Origin: Neoechinorhynchus agilis
Lineage: Eukaryota; Animalia; Acanthocephala
DNA length: 33,000 bases
Direction of reading: 5' to 3'
Assembly (NCBI GenBank): GCA_051530055.1
Contig: CM121341.1
Location: 19,136,784-19,169,783, forward strand
Shown here: positions 1-12,265 of the stretch, piece after piece
Layout: each line of letters opens with the position of its first letter
How positions within the stretch are numbered: position 1 is the first letter of the stretch
The notes under the pieces: model-generated
What the model saw: only the letters and a program-made list of their open reading frames with translations
Database searches by the model: none
What the model was told of the DNA's origin: nothing
Made by a program: the position numbers and the translations under genes

Positions 1-59
1 AGCATCCTTTATGAAACGAATTTCGGCACAAGAAGTGAACCGACGGAAGATCTAAGGCC

Positions 60-845
60 ACACACACTTCTTATAGCTTTCTCTCGCTCGTATTAGAGAG
101 GTCGCTTTGCCAGCTTGTCCTCAAAAATCAAACTTCATCCGATCTTCTTAGGTCCTCCATCACACTATCTTTCCATCTTTTTTCGGCCTTCCCCGTTTCA
201 TCTTCCCCTTGACCTCAGTGCATCCGGCGCTTTTTATGCAATCGTCTTCTGCTCGTTAATCGACATGATGGAACCATCGCATTCTTCTTTTGGCTATCAC
301 TTCCTGCACCGGCTCGACGTCGAACATTTTAATAATCTCGGCATTAGGTATTTTATCCCTGCGTGTTACTCCAGCTGACCATCTCAGCATCCTCATTTCA
401 TTTACAATTAATCTCTGTACGTCCTCCTTTTTTGCAACCCAAGTCTCCGCTGCGTATACCATTGCAAGTCTTACCACTGCTTTTTACGCGCTCCCTTTGA
501 GCTTGTTCAGAAGACGTTTATCGCACAGGATGCCCGTAACTATTTTCCAGTTATTCCACCCGCATTGAACCCTCTGCCCGATTTCAGGTGATAGTTCACA
601 GGACATGTTTAACAGGCTACCCAGATATTTGAAGTTGTTCCTCTTTTCGACATTAACTTCCTGCATGCCTACTTCGCCTGGTCCCATATCGTTTTGCTCC
701 TGCTAATTTTCCGGCCATTGCTTTCTAAGCACTGTCGCCAATTCTCCAACATTTTCTCGAGTGTCACCGAGTCCTTCCTCGTGAGCACCAGATCATCTGC
801 AAATAATATCGTCCAGGGCGCGTCTTAGGTTGATGTGTTGACCTG
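60..845 (-). mobile_element. 5'-truncated, frameshifted RTE-clade non-LTR retrotransposon (RT C-terminal half)
   Basis: Minus strand reads APWTILFADDLVL (792-803 is FADD), WRQCLESNGRKISRSKT, FKYLGS, YAAETW, NEMRMLRWSAGVTRRDKI, RRMRWFHHV and GRPKKRWKD, the motif series of RTE/BovB RTs. Frame breaks near 690 and 480. The 3' limit is approximate. Confidence 0.9.
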
Positions 846-2040
846 AACGCAATAACTTATAGTATTCAAAGCTTCGAACTTCCAATCAACAGCAAAATCT
901 ATCAGGCCATTGGCAATGATTCCTAATTCGGCATGAGTTGAAGACCTTGCTTTAATGTATCAGCAATAGTTTCGAGATCAAATTGCATTAAGGCCAGTAG
1001 TTTTAACTTAAGTCCAGGAAAATTCTTAAAAATTTGTTCGAAAATGCGTGGTTCGGAGATGACCATCGTCCTCACGACCGTATTGATCAGCAGGATCAAT
1101 TCAGAAAATCGTCGTCCATGAACGAGACGTTCAAGGTTTTGCATCGATGTCCGGATAACCTTTTCGTCATCTTTATTTGAGATAACTAAATCAATAAAAT
1201 TATCCACTTCGCTGCTGGTTTTTGACAACTCCTCTAGCCGATCGCTGAGGGGCTGTGTGTTGTGAACAGCTAACTTACCGCTCATAAGACTCAGCAGTTG
1301 ACACAACGAGCGACGACTTATATCTAGATAATCGATATTTCTTTCCAATAACGAAATTAAGTGACTGGCTTGATCGACGTTTATGAACTTTTCAATAGCA
1401 TCAAAGGCGATTGCATTCAAGGCACCCGACAAACAATATTGATCAACTGCATCAGCATAATCGCCACGCGCGAATAGATAGTTCCCATAATTGTAGTAAA
1501 TTCGGTTTAATAGATTCAGCGAAGCGGATGCTTTGCAGTCAGGGATTCATAAATCCTGGATGTATTATCTATAAATCCGACAAGAAGTTGGTAATCGCCA
1601 CTCTTAGAGACACATTTAACAGTCCTATCAACGACTAATGAGTTTTTTCTAGTATCTTCTTCGTAAATCGTTATTAAGTTTCCAGAGGCCAATATTAATT
1701 CTTGTTTTTCAGAAAGGGAACAAGCATCGCAACTACGATCTTCAATGAAAACGTGCGTAAGTGACCGAGTTAGTGCATTTTTGATTAGAAATACCGACGA
1801 ATCTGAAATGACAAACAGATGAATATATGGATTATCCGTCGATTTTGCGAAGAATAAATGACGAATTGGATACTTCATTTCCGACAATTCCTTACGAGAT
1901 TTGATTCCTCTATAGATTGAACCCTTGGTTATAAAAATCGACCCGCCATCGCTAATTTAATTACAATAAAGCTTCAATTTTTAATTCGTTGAAGTCTATT
2001 TATTATTTATATCGATTGCAGTGACCGGTAAAAAACTGGG
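846..2040 (-). pseudogene. VPS11: Decayed Vps11 (HOPS/CORVET core subunit) copy
   Basis: Three frames in order give SDGGSIFITKGSIYRG, then YPIRHLFF...HLFVISDSSV...LILASGNLITIYEED, then IYYNYGNYLFARGDYADAVDQY...AIEKF. These match human VPS11 TDGSVTLNKGDITRD, YPVTGLAF..HLFVV, FIVAGDECVYLYQPD and YGDHLYSKGNHDGAVQQY..VIRKF. Frameshifts near 1880, 1540 and 925 cannot be fixed with plausible GT-AG introns. About 60 aa are missing and the RTE cuts the 3' end. Confidence 0.75.
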
Positions 2041-2257
2041 AAATTTATTCGTTAAAATGTAGCATAAGCATTTTAGAATTCATTTTTATGTGGGATAAAT
2101 AAGCAAAGCATCAAATTTTGTTACTCAATCGTTAGAACGACTATTAAGATGATACTCATCAAATAAAAAATTGAGTTAAAAATCACCCATACAACTGATC
2201 AAATAAATCATTCCTGAATTCATCATACCCACATCACTCAACCTTTCATTAGTAATG

Positions 2258-3290
2258 ACTTAATAATAACACATTTTATTGACACAAACGGAGAAACCAT
2301 GTACCTCTGGATCCTCGTGAGCAAGAGGATTACGGGTGTGGTAGAAGGTATGCTCGTTGGGGTGAGTTTGTGGAAGATTTATTTGATTTTGGTTAATTGT
2401 TAGTTGTTGTTTTCCGTTCTTTCCTCCGAATAGATTCGCAGTTGGAGGATTGAGCGGTTGAGAAAAAAGACCGGAAGTAGAGATTTGTGCGACGAAATGA
2501 AGGATGGAAAATGTTGGGGCGACGCGAGCGCTGTAAGGGGGTAGTAAAAGGCGAAATGTGTGATAAAAATTGAAGAGGCGGAAGAGCATCGAGGCCCTTT
2601 GAGTGCTTTTGAAAGATTGGAGAGAGGTGTTCTTCTAAGGGCACGAGTTCGGAGGAGCAGATTATAGCGCACGTCGTGTGAAAAGTATTAACTTTTGTGA
2701 ATAGTTTAGAAGAAAAATTTCAGAAGGTTGGACTTGTGTAGGTGAGCGTTGGTTAGGATGGCGGAGTACTTAAGGTCTTTGGATGATAATCCAAGGAATC
2801 GGAGGCGCTTAAGAAGATAGAGCTTAATGGACCCCTTGCGCGACAAGATTGATATGTGCTTGCCCCACTTTAGATTTTCTTGAAAATTAAGACCGCGTAT
2901 ACGAACAGAGGAGAGACGATTGATAGGAAAAGGAAAAAGTGGCTGATTGGAAGGGCTATTTGAGATTGAGGGGACGATTTCAAAGAACTTGGTTAAGGAT
3001 AAGACATTTAGAGGAGTTAAATGCTTGAACGTGAGAAATCTCGTTAGAAGTAATTGAGAGTGAGGGAGGAGCCGTGCATAATGAATGATTGTCAGATCAT
3101 CAGTATACAAGAAGTATTTAGAATAAGAAGAGGGTGCAATAAAATCGTCCAGGAAAATGTTGAAAAGAACGGGAAAGAGAACAGCACCTTGGGAAACTCC
3201 CTTGTTGATTGCTAAGGTGTTCGAGACAATGCTCCCTATTTCGTTAAATTGTAATCGATTGTTTAGGAAGGTTTTAACCATTTGATTTGT
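2258..3290 (-). mobile_element. 5'-truncated CR1/L2-like LINE (RT C-terminal half plus 3' tail)
   Basis: ORF 2706-3281 has GVSQGAVLFPVLFNIFLDD, YTDDL and LKWGKHI..LYLLKRLRFLG. The 3' end AATAAAATGTGTTATTATT is shared with the copies at 9445 and 20455. Confidence 0.9.
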
Positions 3291-4205
3291 CAGGCGGCAA
3301 GAACAAATTTAGAGCGTGCATCAAGGAGAAGATTGTCATCGACGGAAAGGGCGCCCGTCCAAGAAAAGCCGGATTAGAAACCGAATTGAATAATACCTCA
3401 CCCAGTTAGGGAAGGAGGCATCAAGTGTCAGCTGTAATTCTCGCCAAGAACGGATTGAACTATTTTGCGGCTTGTTTCATACGATCCCACATAAGCTGGC
3501 AGAGAAATATCGGCTGCTTTTCGGAAACCCAAACCGCCGGATGACACAGGCAAGGACGCTTGACGCCAGGCTTCGACCGACAGCTGAGTATTTAAAATTT
3601 TCTCGAGAAAGGCATTAACCCTCTCGTCTAATTTTGCCAGCTTATCCTTACGTCTAAGAAAGGTACTGTGTGCAGCTTATACAGCAGTTTTACGCACATC
3701 ACCGAAAGCTGCAGTTGAAGATCGGTCCAGAGTGATCAATTCTATCCCGGGTAGCCAGGTTTTGAAAATCTTTCACGATAGTTTGCCTGGACGCCTCATC
3801 TTCCACGTTCATCACTAAAATCTGGCATTTCGCAACATTCAATTCAATGCCAATTTTTATCGTCGCCTTCACAAGTGTCTCCAAATCGTGCAGTACTACG
3901 GAGGGGTTACTCCCGAACGTGGCATCGTCCAGGTACCAGCCGTTAAAGCTGGACTGGAGAGAGTGCGCGATGGGATTGACCGCGAGTGAGAAAGCTATTG
4001 GGCCCAAAGGATCCCCTTGTTGAACTTCACTTTCTGACCAAAAAAAGAGGTCATTGAACAACACGGGAGTAGAAGTCCCATAGGCATTAACGAAATAGCG
4101 AAGTGCTTCTGGTGCGTGATCTCTAGCTACTTCGAGCAAATCTGCTCGGTTAACTGTGTTGAATGCATTTTTGAAATCACATTTCAAGATCACGCACGGC
4201 TTTGA
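3290..4205 (-). mobile_element. CRE-clade non-LTR retrotransposon fragment (RT domain)
   Basis: ILKCDFKNAFN, VQQGDPLGPIAFSLA and WYLDD are typical of CRE-type RTs. 3430-3580 matches 18720-18870 in the opposite orientation. Confidence 0.85.
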
Positions 4206-4830
4206 GTTTCCGGTGTGTTTTGAAAACTTGTCGGCTTTAAATTTTGGGTTTCCATATATCAAAACATGAAAATGTGTCTGAAAAACCGGATGACTATTTG
4301 TACAATTCACATTTGTTAATTTCAGTAAACACTCTTCAAAAAACAACTAGAAAAAACAAGTAAATTCGATCTCTATAATGATTGTATCGTCAATTTTTGC
4401 CTGCGAAAGCTCGAGAAGCATATATATTTGCCTGGAAGAACCATTATATTTTTAAAATAGTTTTTTTCGTGTTATGGCTATCCGATTTTGGAAAAATTGG
4501 CTGAAAAGTTCGAATCCAACGATCGTCATTATTTGAGATGAACGGACGCGATTGATTGTGTTCGATATATTTAAAACGGCAAAATCAACAGATCTTCCCA
4601 TTTGCATGAAATTCGACGCTACAAACGGTTCCAGTCTCTAAACGCAATTTTTCCTCCGGAAGTGAGACTTTTCAGTGCATTTTTTTGAACAACTTCCGTT
4701 ATTTCGACATCAGTTTAAGTAAATATTTTGATTCCGACGCATTAATCTTAGTTCGATTGAGAGAAATCCGACATTCTGTAGCGTAATTAAAGCGTTTGAT
4801 TTACTTCCCTCAACTTAGCAGTGATTTGAG

Positions 4831-5513
4831 ATGTATAGCCTGATATCTAGGAGATTCTATTCAACCATTCGGTATGTATCATAATTTCCGTAATGTACTT
4901 TCTGGGCAACAATTAGGGATCATTATGTTACTTTAAACCTGCCTTCGAATGCCACAAAGAAGCAAATTCGATCGGCGTACCTCAATCTTTCAAAAAAGGT
5001 ATCCAAGATAATCCCTACCATGCTCATCTTCGTTAAAGTACCACCCTGATGTGGGTGGCAAATCTTCACATGACAAATTCCTGAAAATCCAAGAGGCCTA
5101 CAATGCTCTAATGGAACTGCCTGAGCCACACATCCAAGGTACTTTATTGCGAAAATGGCAAGATAATTTGGTCGGTGATATTAGATTCAAAGTCAGAGGA
5201 GAACATTGCCTCTTCTGCGAAGCAACAACGACGTCCATCATACACGGCACAAACACGATCGCATAATCTCGGATATCGAAGTCCGTATGAATATCGAAGA
5301 GTGCGAATGGACGAATTTTATCGGCAATCGTTTTACTATTCCGATCACCACTCACACCATTCTTCATACATGGACTCAGAGTTCATTCGAAAAAACAAGC
5401 TTGCATGGAACCTAGGTTTTATGTTCTGGGTCTTGAAAGTATTTATGTTCTTTGTCGTAATTGATCAATTGTACGTATTAATGAAGCAGATAAGAGTTTT
5501 ATTTTTCCCATAG
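4831..5513 (+). CDS. DnaJ (type III, DNAJC4-like) protein with N-terminal targeting-like peptide and C-terminal TM segment
   Basis: Exons 4831-4871, 4917-4998, 5039-5138, 5185-5513; GT-AG introns of 45, 40 and 46 nt. Spliced protein: MYSLISRRFYSTIRDHYVTLNLPSNATKKQIRSAYLNLSKKYHPD...FLKIQEAYNAL (J-domain, HPD motif), ending in a hydrophobic tail LGFMFWVLKVFMFFVVI. Confidence 0.9.
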
Positions 5514-5779
5514 AGCGTCGTTATTCGCTAAATCCAGACGAAGACAAACGATTGCAGATTTGAACCGTGTCGATTGAACATGTAATTTATCCATAAATCA
5601 AGTTTCTTACAATCGTATAAAAACAAATTTCCTACTTGAAACGCCTACTGATACTCCGGGTTCCTCTTGTTGGATTTCAAAAGATTTTCCAGTATAACGC
5701 ACGCGCATTCTAAATAATATTCATTTAGCAGTTTCAATTAATGACTACCACTTCGTATAAAGGAGAAATTAGCTTCTCC

Positions 5780-6246
5780 TTACTCTTCAACTAGTAAATA
5801 GAGTGTTGGCTGTGCTATTATCCATTGTTTTTTTAACAACTGTGAAAATCTCGCGATAGCATCCTTTTCTTTCTTTAGAAAGCTCCATAGCTTGCGCACA
5901 CTTGAATAGATCAAATTTGTAAATTGAATCGCATCTCTGATTATCTTTGGCGCTGTCTTTATAAGTGACATAATTTGCTGTAGAGCTCCGGGTATCGCCA
6001 AGATAACTGAGGAAATCATGGACCAAGGCGCCAAGAGTTGTCCTACGTAGGGTAGTACTGTTAAAGGCGTCAACACGAAGTTGATCGCATAAATGATCGT
6101 GGGTAGAACCAGGGCAAATATGGCCAATGATGCATCGATTATGTGAATAGTCAATACGCTAAGCGAATGGAAAATGATGAAAATTAGATGAGTTTTAGAC
6201 TGTATTTAAAATAATGATCTTACGTGATGAATTTGACGTTGCTCAT
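5780..6246 (-). CDS. Small hydrophobic (2-TM hairpin-like) protein of unknown family
   Basis: ATG at 6246; exon 1 MSNVKFIT; 65-nt GTAAG..TTAG intron 6223-6159; then in frame with ORF 5780-6154. No family recognised. The stop overlaps a possible GTAAG donor, so the 3' end may extend. Confidence 0.55.
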
Positions 6247-6765
6247 GCTTGAAATGCAAGGGAATCAGCCCCGAAAGCAAAACATGACTTCTGACGACGG
6301 AAATGTGTGGAAAATAGGAGCGAAATGATTCAAAAAAGTATGTCACCTAGACGTCCTTAAAGTCTGAATTTAAGAAAAGGCAGAATGGCAAAACTCCAAT
6401 TCTTTTGTTGAATCTTTGTGGTCATCCATATGACTTTGGGAGTTCTTCGTTTAAAATGTTTTTTACAAAGTGAATTAGTTGCAGAAATACACTCCCACTT
6501 GTGTTGGACAATTAAATAATCTTGGTTCGCGTACTAAAAATTTGTAAACAAAGTAAATAGTGAACCCAGCCATATCCACAAAACGCCAATGGGACGATAA
6601 GTATGTTGGAAATCTTACAAACAATTCCCGAGGAAGTCGTAAGATGGCAAAAGCTCGAAATAACGATTTTTATTTATCACATTACTACAGCCCGTCCAAG
6701 TGTCAATTGAAGACTAAACCTTGATAAATCATGCAGTGGGAAAATAAAATAGTACTTCACGAGAT

Positions 6766-6982
6766 GTATAATTTTGGTGAACATACTCGCGGTAATAGTA
6801 TATTCGATTTATTGGAAATATTTCGCGAGGTAACCTCGCCTCATCAGTCATTGCTTGTAAGTTTTTAGATATGTAAGCTCGTGGCTTACAAGCAATGATT
6901 AATAAGGCGAGGTTACCTCTCTCTAAATATCTCCAATAAATCAAATATACTATTACCGGGAGTATTTTCATCAAAATTATAC
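6766..6982. repeat. Foldback element 1 (arms ~95 bp, 23-nt spacer)
   Basis: 6766-6861 is the reverse complement of 6885-6982 with about 10 substitutions and one 2-nt indel. The left arm contains the palindrome GCGAGGTAACCTCGC, degenerate in the right arm. Confidence 0.9.
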
Positions 6983-7375
6983 TATGACTAACCCTAAGAA
7001 TTTTCTATCGATGATTTCACGAGATTATTGGAAAAAAAATAAAAAGTTGACATGCAGAACTTAAGTTTTAAACAAATCCGCGCTTAAAGATCGCTCGACT
7101 GAGCGCTAATTTCAAAGCATTGAACAGCAAATGAACAGTAAATCTTGGAAAGCTGGGCGGTAAGGTTAAAAATAATGCATGAAATACCACGTTTAAGCCT
7201 TATGATTGGCTAAATGGTAGCCCAGCCTAAACTTCATATTAATGGACCAAAATTTTAGCCGCCTATTGTGTACTCACTAGACGTCGTAAATGTACGCGTT
7301 CAAATCGCAATACGCCAACTCCAAAAAATGGTTGCGTACTGGTACACAAATCATTGTAAAACAAGTGCCTCCGCG

Positions 7376-9253
7376 ATGATATTTTTGGTTATTTTGTTGA
7401 ATTTATTACCTGCATGTAAGACTTAACATTGAGATAGATTTTTACGTTCACTGACGAAAATCATAAGGTCGATTAGATGAAATTCAGATGATTCATCGAA
7501 TAGAGTATAAAACTAGCCTTAAAGGTCCTAATATTACGGCATCGGACGGTACCATCCCTCTGTGGAAATCTCGCGGAAGTAAGTATTTCTCCTCTTGTAT
7601 AGATATTTTAACTTTCTCAACGTAGATGTCGTAGCCAGTGTAAACCGGATTCGTTTAGTGCCAGCGCTGCCTAACCAACGAGGCGCTTTGTGGTCTAATC
7701 GCTTATTCGCAGCTTATGATTGGACAATTGATGTGCGGTTTATGATTAGCGGAAAAGATCCGGTTGGAACCGAAGGAATGGTAAATGTTTTTGCTCATAA
7801 TTTTTAGAAAGGTGTCATTATCCAAAGTAGGCCTTTTGGTTTGTCTCGCACCCGCTTGGTGAAGGCGATGCTTTTGGTTCGTCCACTACATGGCACGGAC
7901 TTTGTGTCTTTTTGGACACCTACAGCAACCTCTGGAAGGTAATTTAATTCCTAGCATTCATTTTCATCCACACATTCTATTAGAAAAATCTACAAATGGT
8001 TGGATCGATAGTTAACAACGGTTCGTTTACTTACACTAAAGCCCTTGACGGAGCTGGCCTCCTTAACTCCGCATCATATGCTCATTATCGAAACTCAAAG
8101 AGGCCTTGCCGTCTAAAGATTACGTACTTTAAGAAAGCACTCACAATCGAATTCGTGCACGGAGATTCGGGCAATCATGATTATACCCTTCTTAGTAAAA
8201 AGGAAAATATCGAACTCCCTCATAGTGGCTATTTTGGAATCAGTGCAGCTAGTGGCAATAGTCACCCCGATGACCACGATGTCTTCCAATTTATCGTTCA
8301 TGTAATCATTGATAAGCAAGTCGCAGTTCAGCACGATGAAAAAACAAGAGAAATGTTAGCACAATATCACCGAAGTGCCGTAGAGATGGACGCTGAAAGA
8401 GACAAATTCGCTGAAGAGCATCCCGAGATTACTGATCAAGAACGAAGTGATGAATTTGTGCTTGAGGATATCACGAATTTACTTGATAGGCTAGAGGAAA
8501 GGATGAATTCAAACCCAGAGGCCGTTGATCATATCCTGGACGACCTGAAAATTGTTCTTCATAAAATCCAAAAGATAGTGAGGGATCATCCAGAATTAAA
8601 TGAAGATACTCTGAAGAAAGTAATAAATTTGTTTGAGAAAACAAAAAGTGATTTGCGAGAGAAGCGATCTGGGGCCGATCAGACGCTTGCAAACCTGAGG
8701 TATATGCTCAATCAATTGGAATTCTTGATTCGCGGATACACTGAAATCGACACTCAGTCATTGAGCAACTTGGAAAATGATGCGATAAATGACATGTTGA
8801 AGATCATGAGATCCATCGAAGCGAAAGTAATTCGAATTAACAGGATACAGGACGCGATAATCGAAAAAAGCGCGGGAAATTATGGCCATCAGACTCTGAA
8901 TGATGAAAATCGTCATTTTCTTGGACGATTAATGTAAGTTTTGCCCCTATCATGGTGTGGAAAATCAATTTCGTACTTTTTTAGCCATGACACGGGAAAG
9001 ACGCTTGACTTATTGGAACAAATAAGAGAGGTACTTATCGCTTTTGTCGTTTCATTTGACAATAACAGAAATTTAGAATCAGAAGGACTTAGTTTGGGGC
9101 AAGAAAGCATGTCGCCTCCTCTATTTTTTAATACTTATCAGTCTATTCAAATTTCTTGTTCAGTTGTACAACAAGTGAGTCTTGCGTGTACGACACAATA
9201 ATCATATTAAATTTAGAGTTCGTAAACCAAAGATGGAAAAGAAGCTCTACTAA
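7376..9253 (+). CDS. LMAN1: ERGIC-53 / LMAN1 L-type lectin cargo receptor
   Basis: Eight exons: 7376-7415, 7468-7578, 7626-7780, 7831-7938, 7984-8933, 8985-9030, 9077-9174, 9217-9253; introns 42-52 nt. Signal peptide MIFLVILLNLLPA; lectin motifs RIEYKTSLKGP, GYFGISAASG and DDHDV; coiled-coil stalk; TM helix; C-terminal KKLY (KKxx) signal. Confidence 0.93.
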
Positions 9254-9444
9254 TTCGACCCTGATTAAATTGTGTTGTGTATTATTGTGTCTAGAAGCCT
9301 TGCACAATGAACTTTAAAAGCGGCCGCAGCGTACCAAAAATAACCAGAACTAAATTGGAAGAATCTCGGGAATATTTATCTCTTTTAAAGAAGCATTTTA
9401 AATCATTAGTAGAACTGACTATATCGAGTAATGCGCTAGAATAT

Positions 9445-9880
9445 CACGGCGCGTGAGGCACTAATGGCTAAGTTGACTTCACTCCCTCCCCTCGACGCCC
9501 ACATCCACTCCATTTTATCCAAAAACGCCCTCCGTCTTCTTCAACCCCCTCCACAATTTTCTTCTTTCATCTCTAAATACTCTTCCCTCGTAAACACCCG
9601 GAACCCCAACCTTTTTCATCCCCCCTCGCTCGTACAACTCTCTACCAAAAATCTTTCTCCCCCCAAGTCCAATCTTTCCTTAACAACCGGAGAACAAGGA
9701 AAGACTCCCAATCGGTCATCTCCTGTACAAAGCCCCCGATCGCACATTAAAAATCCTTCAAAGACAAGTCCCACCTCCCTTGCCTTCAACATCCGACATC
9801 TAGACACCTTCAGCAAAAATAGATGCGGGCAAGTGCGTGGATCCTGCTTTTCTTAAATTAATAAAACGTGTGTATATATG
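9445..9880 (+). mobile_element. Short 3' fragment of a CR1/L2-like LINE
   Basis: LPPLDAHIHSIL..QFSSFIS..NTRNPNLFHP aligns with LPPIEEHLSKIF (20583 copy) and PLEEHLSPIF (2393 copy). Ends in AATAAAACGTGTG. Confidence 0.75.
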
Positions 9881-10559
9881 TTTATCAACGTCCGTAGTCG
9901 GTTGTAGTCATATTATAGTTCTCAAACCTACATTTGCAGCACTCACTTGGTAATTACGTAAATCATGCAAGATTTTGTAATGTGAATCTTGAATTGCCTG
10001 CGATCATTTCAATAGATTCGTAGAATCTTGCCGTTCAAATAAATTCGTACTTGCAGCTATCAAGTACTATGATATCCGCAACCTTAGATGATTTTCGGTA
10101 TCATTTATAGCATCGAGCAATGTCATATGTGTTATGCGAGAGATTATTTTGCATCTCCTAAGAATCAAAATAAATATCGGCAACTATGTCTAACCTGTGT
10201 TCGTAAATTTATCGACCGTTTAAGAAGTATAGCATGGTCAAAAAGTAGCTACAAAATTATTACTCTTATAAAGAAGTTGTTCATATACACGTATTTTTTG
10301 GTGATGAGAAAATAGAGATTGATTTATTATGCTCAATATTTCGTCCGCTTCATCGGACTTCTTCAGGTATAAATGGTAGTGGTAGGACACAGTGGCTTTA
10401 TCCTGAGTTTTAGAAAAACAGCTTCTGAATCTTTTCAGGTTATGATAATCTTCTTAATCAAAGAACAGAAACAGGATATGAATAACCAACGAGGATACCA
10501 AGAAATAAATATTGCCAATAAACACAAAATCGTCTCTTCGGCTGACCATGTCCATCTCA

Positions 10560-11600
10560 ATCCAGAATTCCCTAGTTAGCATCGGCGAGAGAAGGCCTGT
10601 CAAGTTTATTCAGCGTTATGCTTTGGAACACAATTGCATTGATAGGCTCTGACATTTGTTGATTCCTTAAAAAATCAATGCACACTGCAATAAGGAAGAT
10701 CATTCATAATTCTGTATCTAATGCAGGTTCGATGAATAATTTACTTTTCATATTACGAAAGCTTTTGACAAAGTTGAATTGGACTTTATCGTTAACATTT
10801 CAAGATTTTTAATTTCCCTGTCAACATTATATCCCGAATGAGCAATATTTTGAAATCGAGTAACTTTTAATTTCGGTCAATCTACCAAAAAGGCTTTTCT
10901 ACGAAACGAAGGGAATGTCCTCGGAGGGTCTACCCTATCCCCTATTCGATTTTGTCTTCCTTCACAGTTTATTGTGCAAAATTGCAGGATTTGTCCTTCT
11001 TTAGCTATGTATGCAGACTATCTTACAGTAATAGTCAAAGAGTCCAGCTACATCGCTGCCATTTCCATATTATCGTAAAGGGGTTCCTCAAGGCTCAACC
11101 TTGTTACTTATTCACCTCTATATCGCTTCTCAGATTCTTATTCAGAATTGCTAAATTACTAAGTTGCTAACAACTTATATTGACGATTGAACTGCGGTCA
11201 CAATGAGCAAACCTACATCATAGCTCGTAGCAAATTATCGGGCCTCCTCATGTAAAACAAATTTTGTTTTAAAATCTCCTTCTGCTAAGGGCAAGCGTCA
11301 TATCAGAATGTTCATCGAAAAGATTAAGGCACATAGGACAACGAAGTTTGGTCTGGAAATAAAAACGGTTTAGAGATTCTGGAGTGCTTGGTCGATCTCA
11401 GGCCTGGTCTCCAAATTTGCGTACACGCTTGCCAACGCTCTCAGTAATTCAAAATTACAATATTGGAGGACTGGGTACCACAAATAAAGAAATTGCGCGA
11501 TATACAAATCAGGTGCTCCCAAGGATTTGTATGGTCGTACAAGTGCTAATGAGCCAAGGCCTTATTCGAATAAATCTTTTCTTCCCATGAAAGCCTTGAA
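10560..11600 (+). mobile_element. Highly degenerate LINE RT remnant
   Basis: Broken motifs in order: ITKAFDKV (~10750), a GVPQGS-like segment (~10910-10950), KGVPQGSTL (~11075), TYIDD (~11175), QAWSP (~11400). Many stops and shifts. Confidence 0.6.
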
Positions 11601-12265
11601 ACATTTTTAATTTTACGAACAGTTACAAAAGTATGTTATGTTGAAAAGATAATTCATTGTTATTTGTCGATAGGAGAGATAAATGAGATTAAGAATTTAT
11701 TGATTTGATATTTCGATCCACTATCTCGGATCTTCTTCAGCGATTGTTTGCAAGTGTTTACGACGTTAAAAAAGTATGTTAATTGATGTTGAACTATGAA
11801 CGGTCAGAAAAATATCTTTCTAAAGTAGTTAAATGCTGTTACGGCTTCTTGGTAAACGGTATCAATAATATTCTTCGTTGTTTAATTTAGGAAGCTCTGA
11901 GTTCATGGCTAAAAAATGTAACAACACAATCAAGCATAAGCACGTGTGAGAGCAAATTAACCATTTAACCACTTGCATTTTAGAACCGATGATGAACTCG
12001 ACGAGGTTCAAAACGTTTCAGAAAAACTATTTACTAGGCGAAGACCTAAACAATAAGTCTAATCATATACCCCGGTACATCACATATCGACGTTTTTCTG
12101 GCGACCATAGAGGATAAACATGGTGGCTGTCCAGCGAGGGGACTCCGCCATGGGTACGACCTTCGCAGGGTGCAAGATGGAACGTGATTAATGCTGCCAG
12201 TAGAATTTAGTAAATCTTATCTCCCAAAAAATTAAATCTTTGATTTCAATCGGGGGGAATTCCAA

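Noticed and set aside
6480-6660. TRP-channel-like phrase WRFVDMAGFTIYF on the minus strand
   Set aside because: A single short open frame with no supporting exons.
6729-6974. 81-aa minus-strand ORF
   Set aside because: It lies almost entirely within foldback element 1 and has no recognisable motif.
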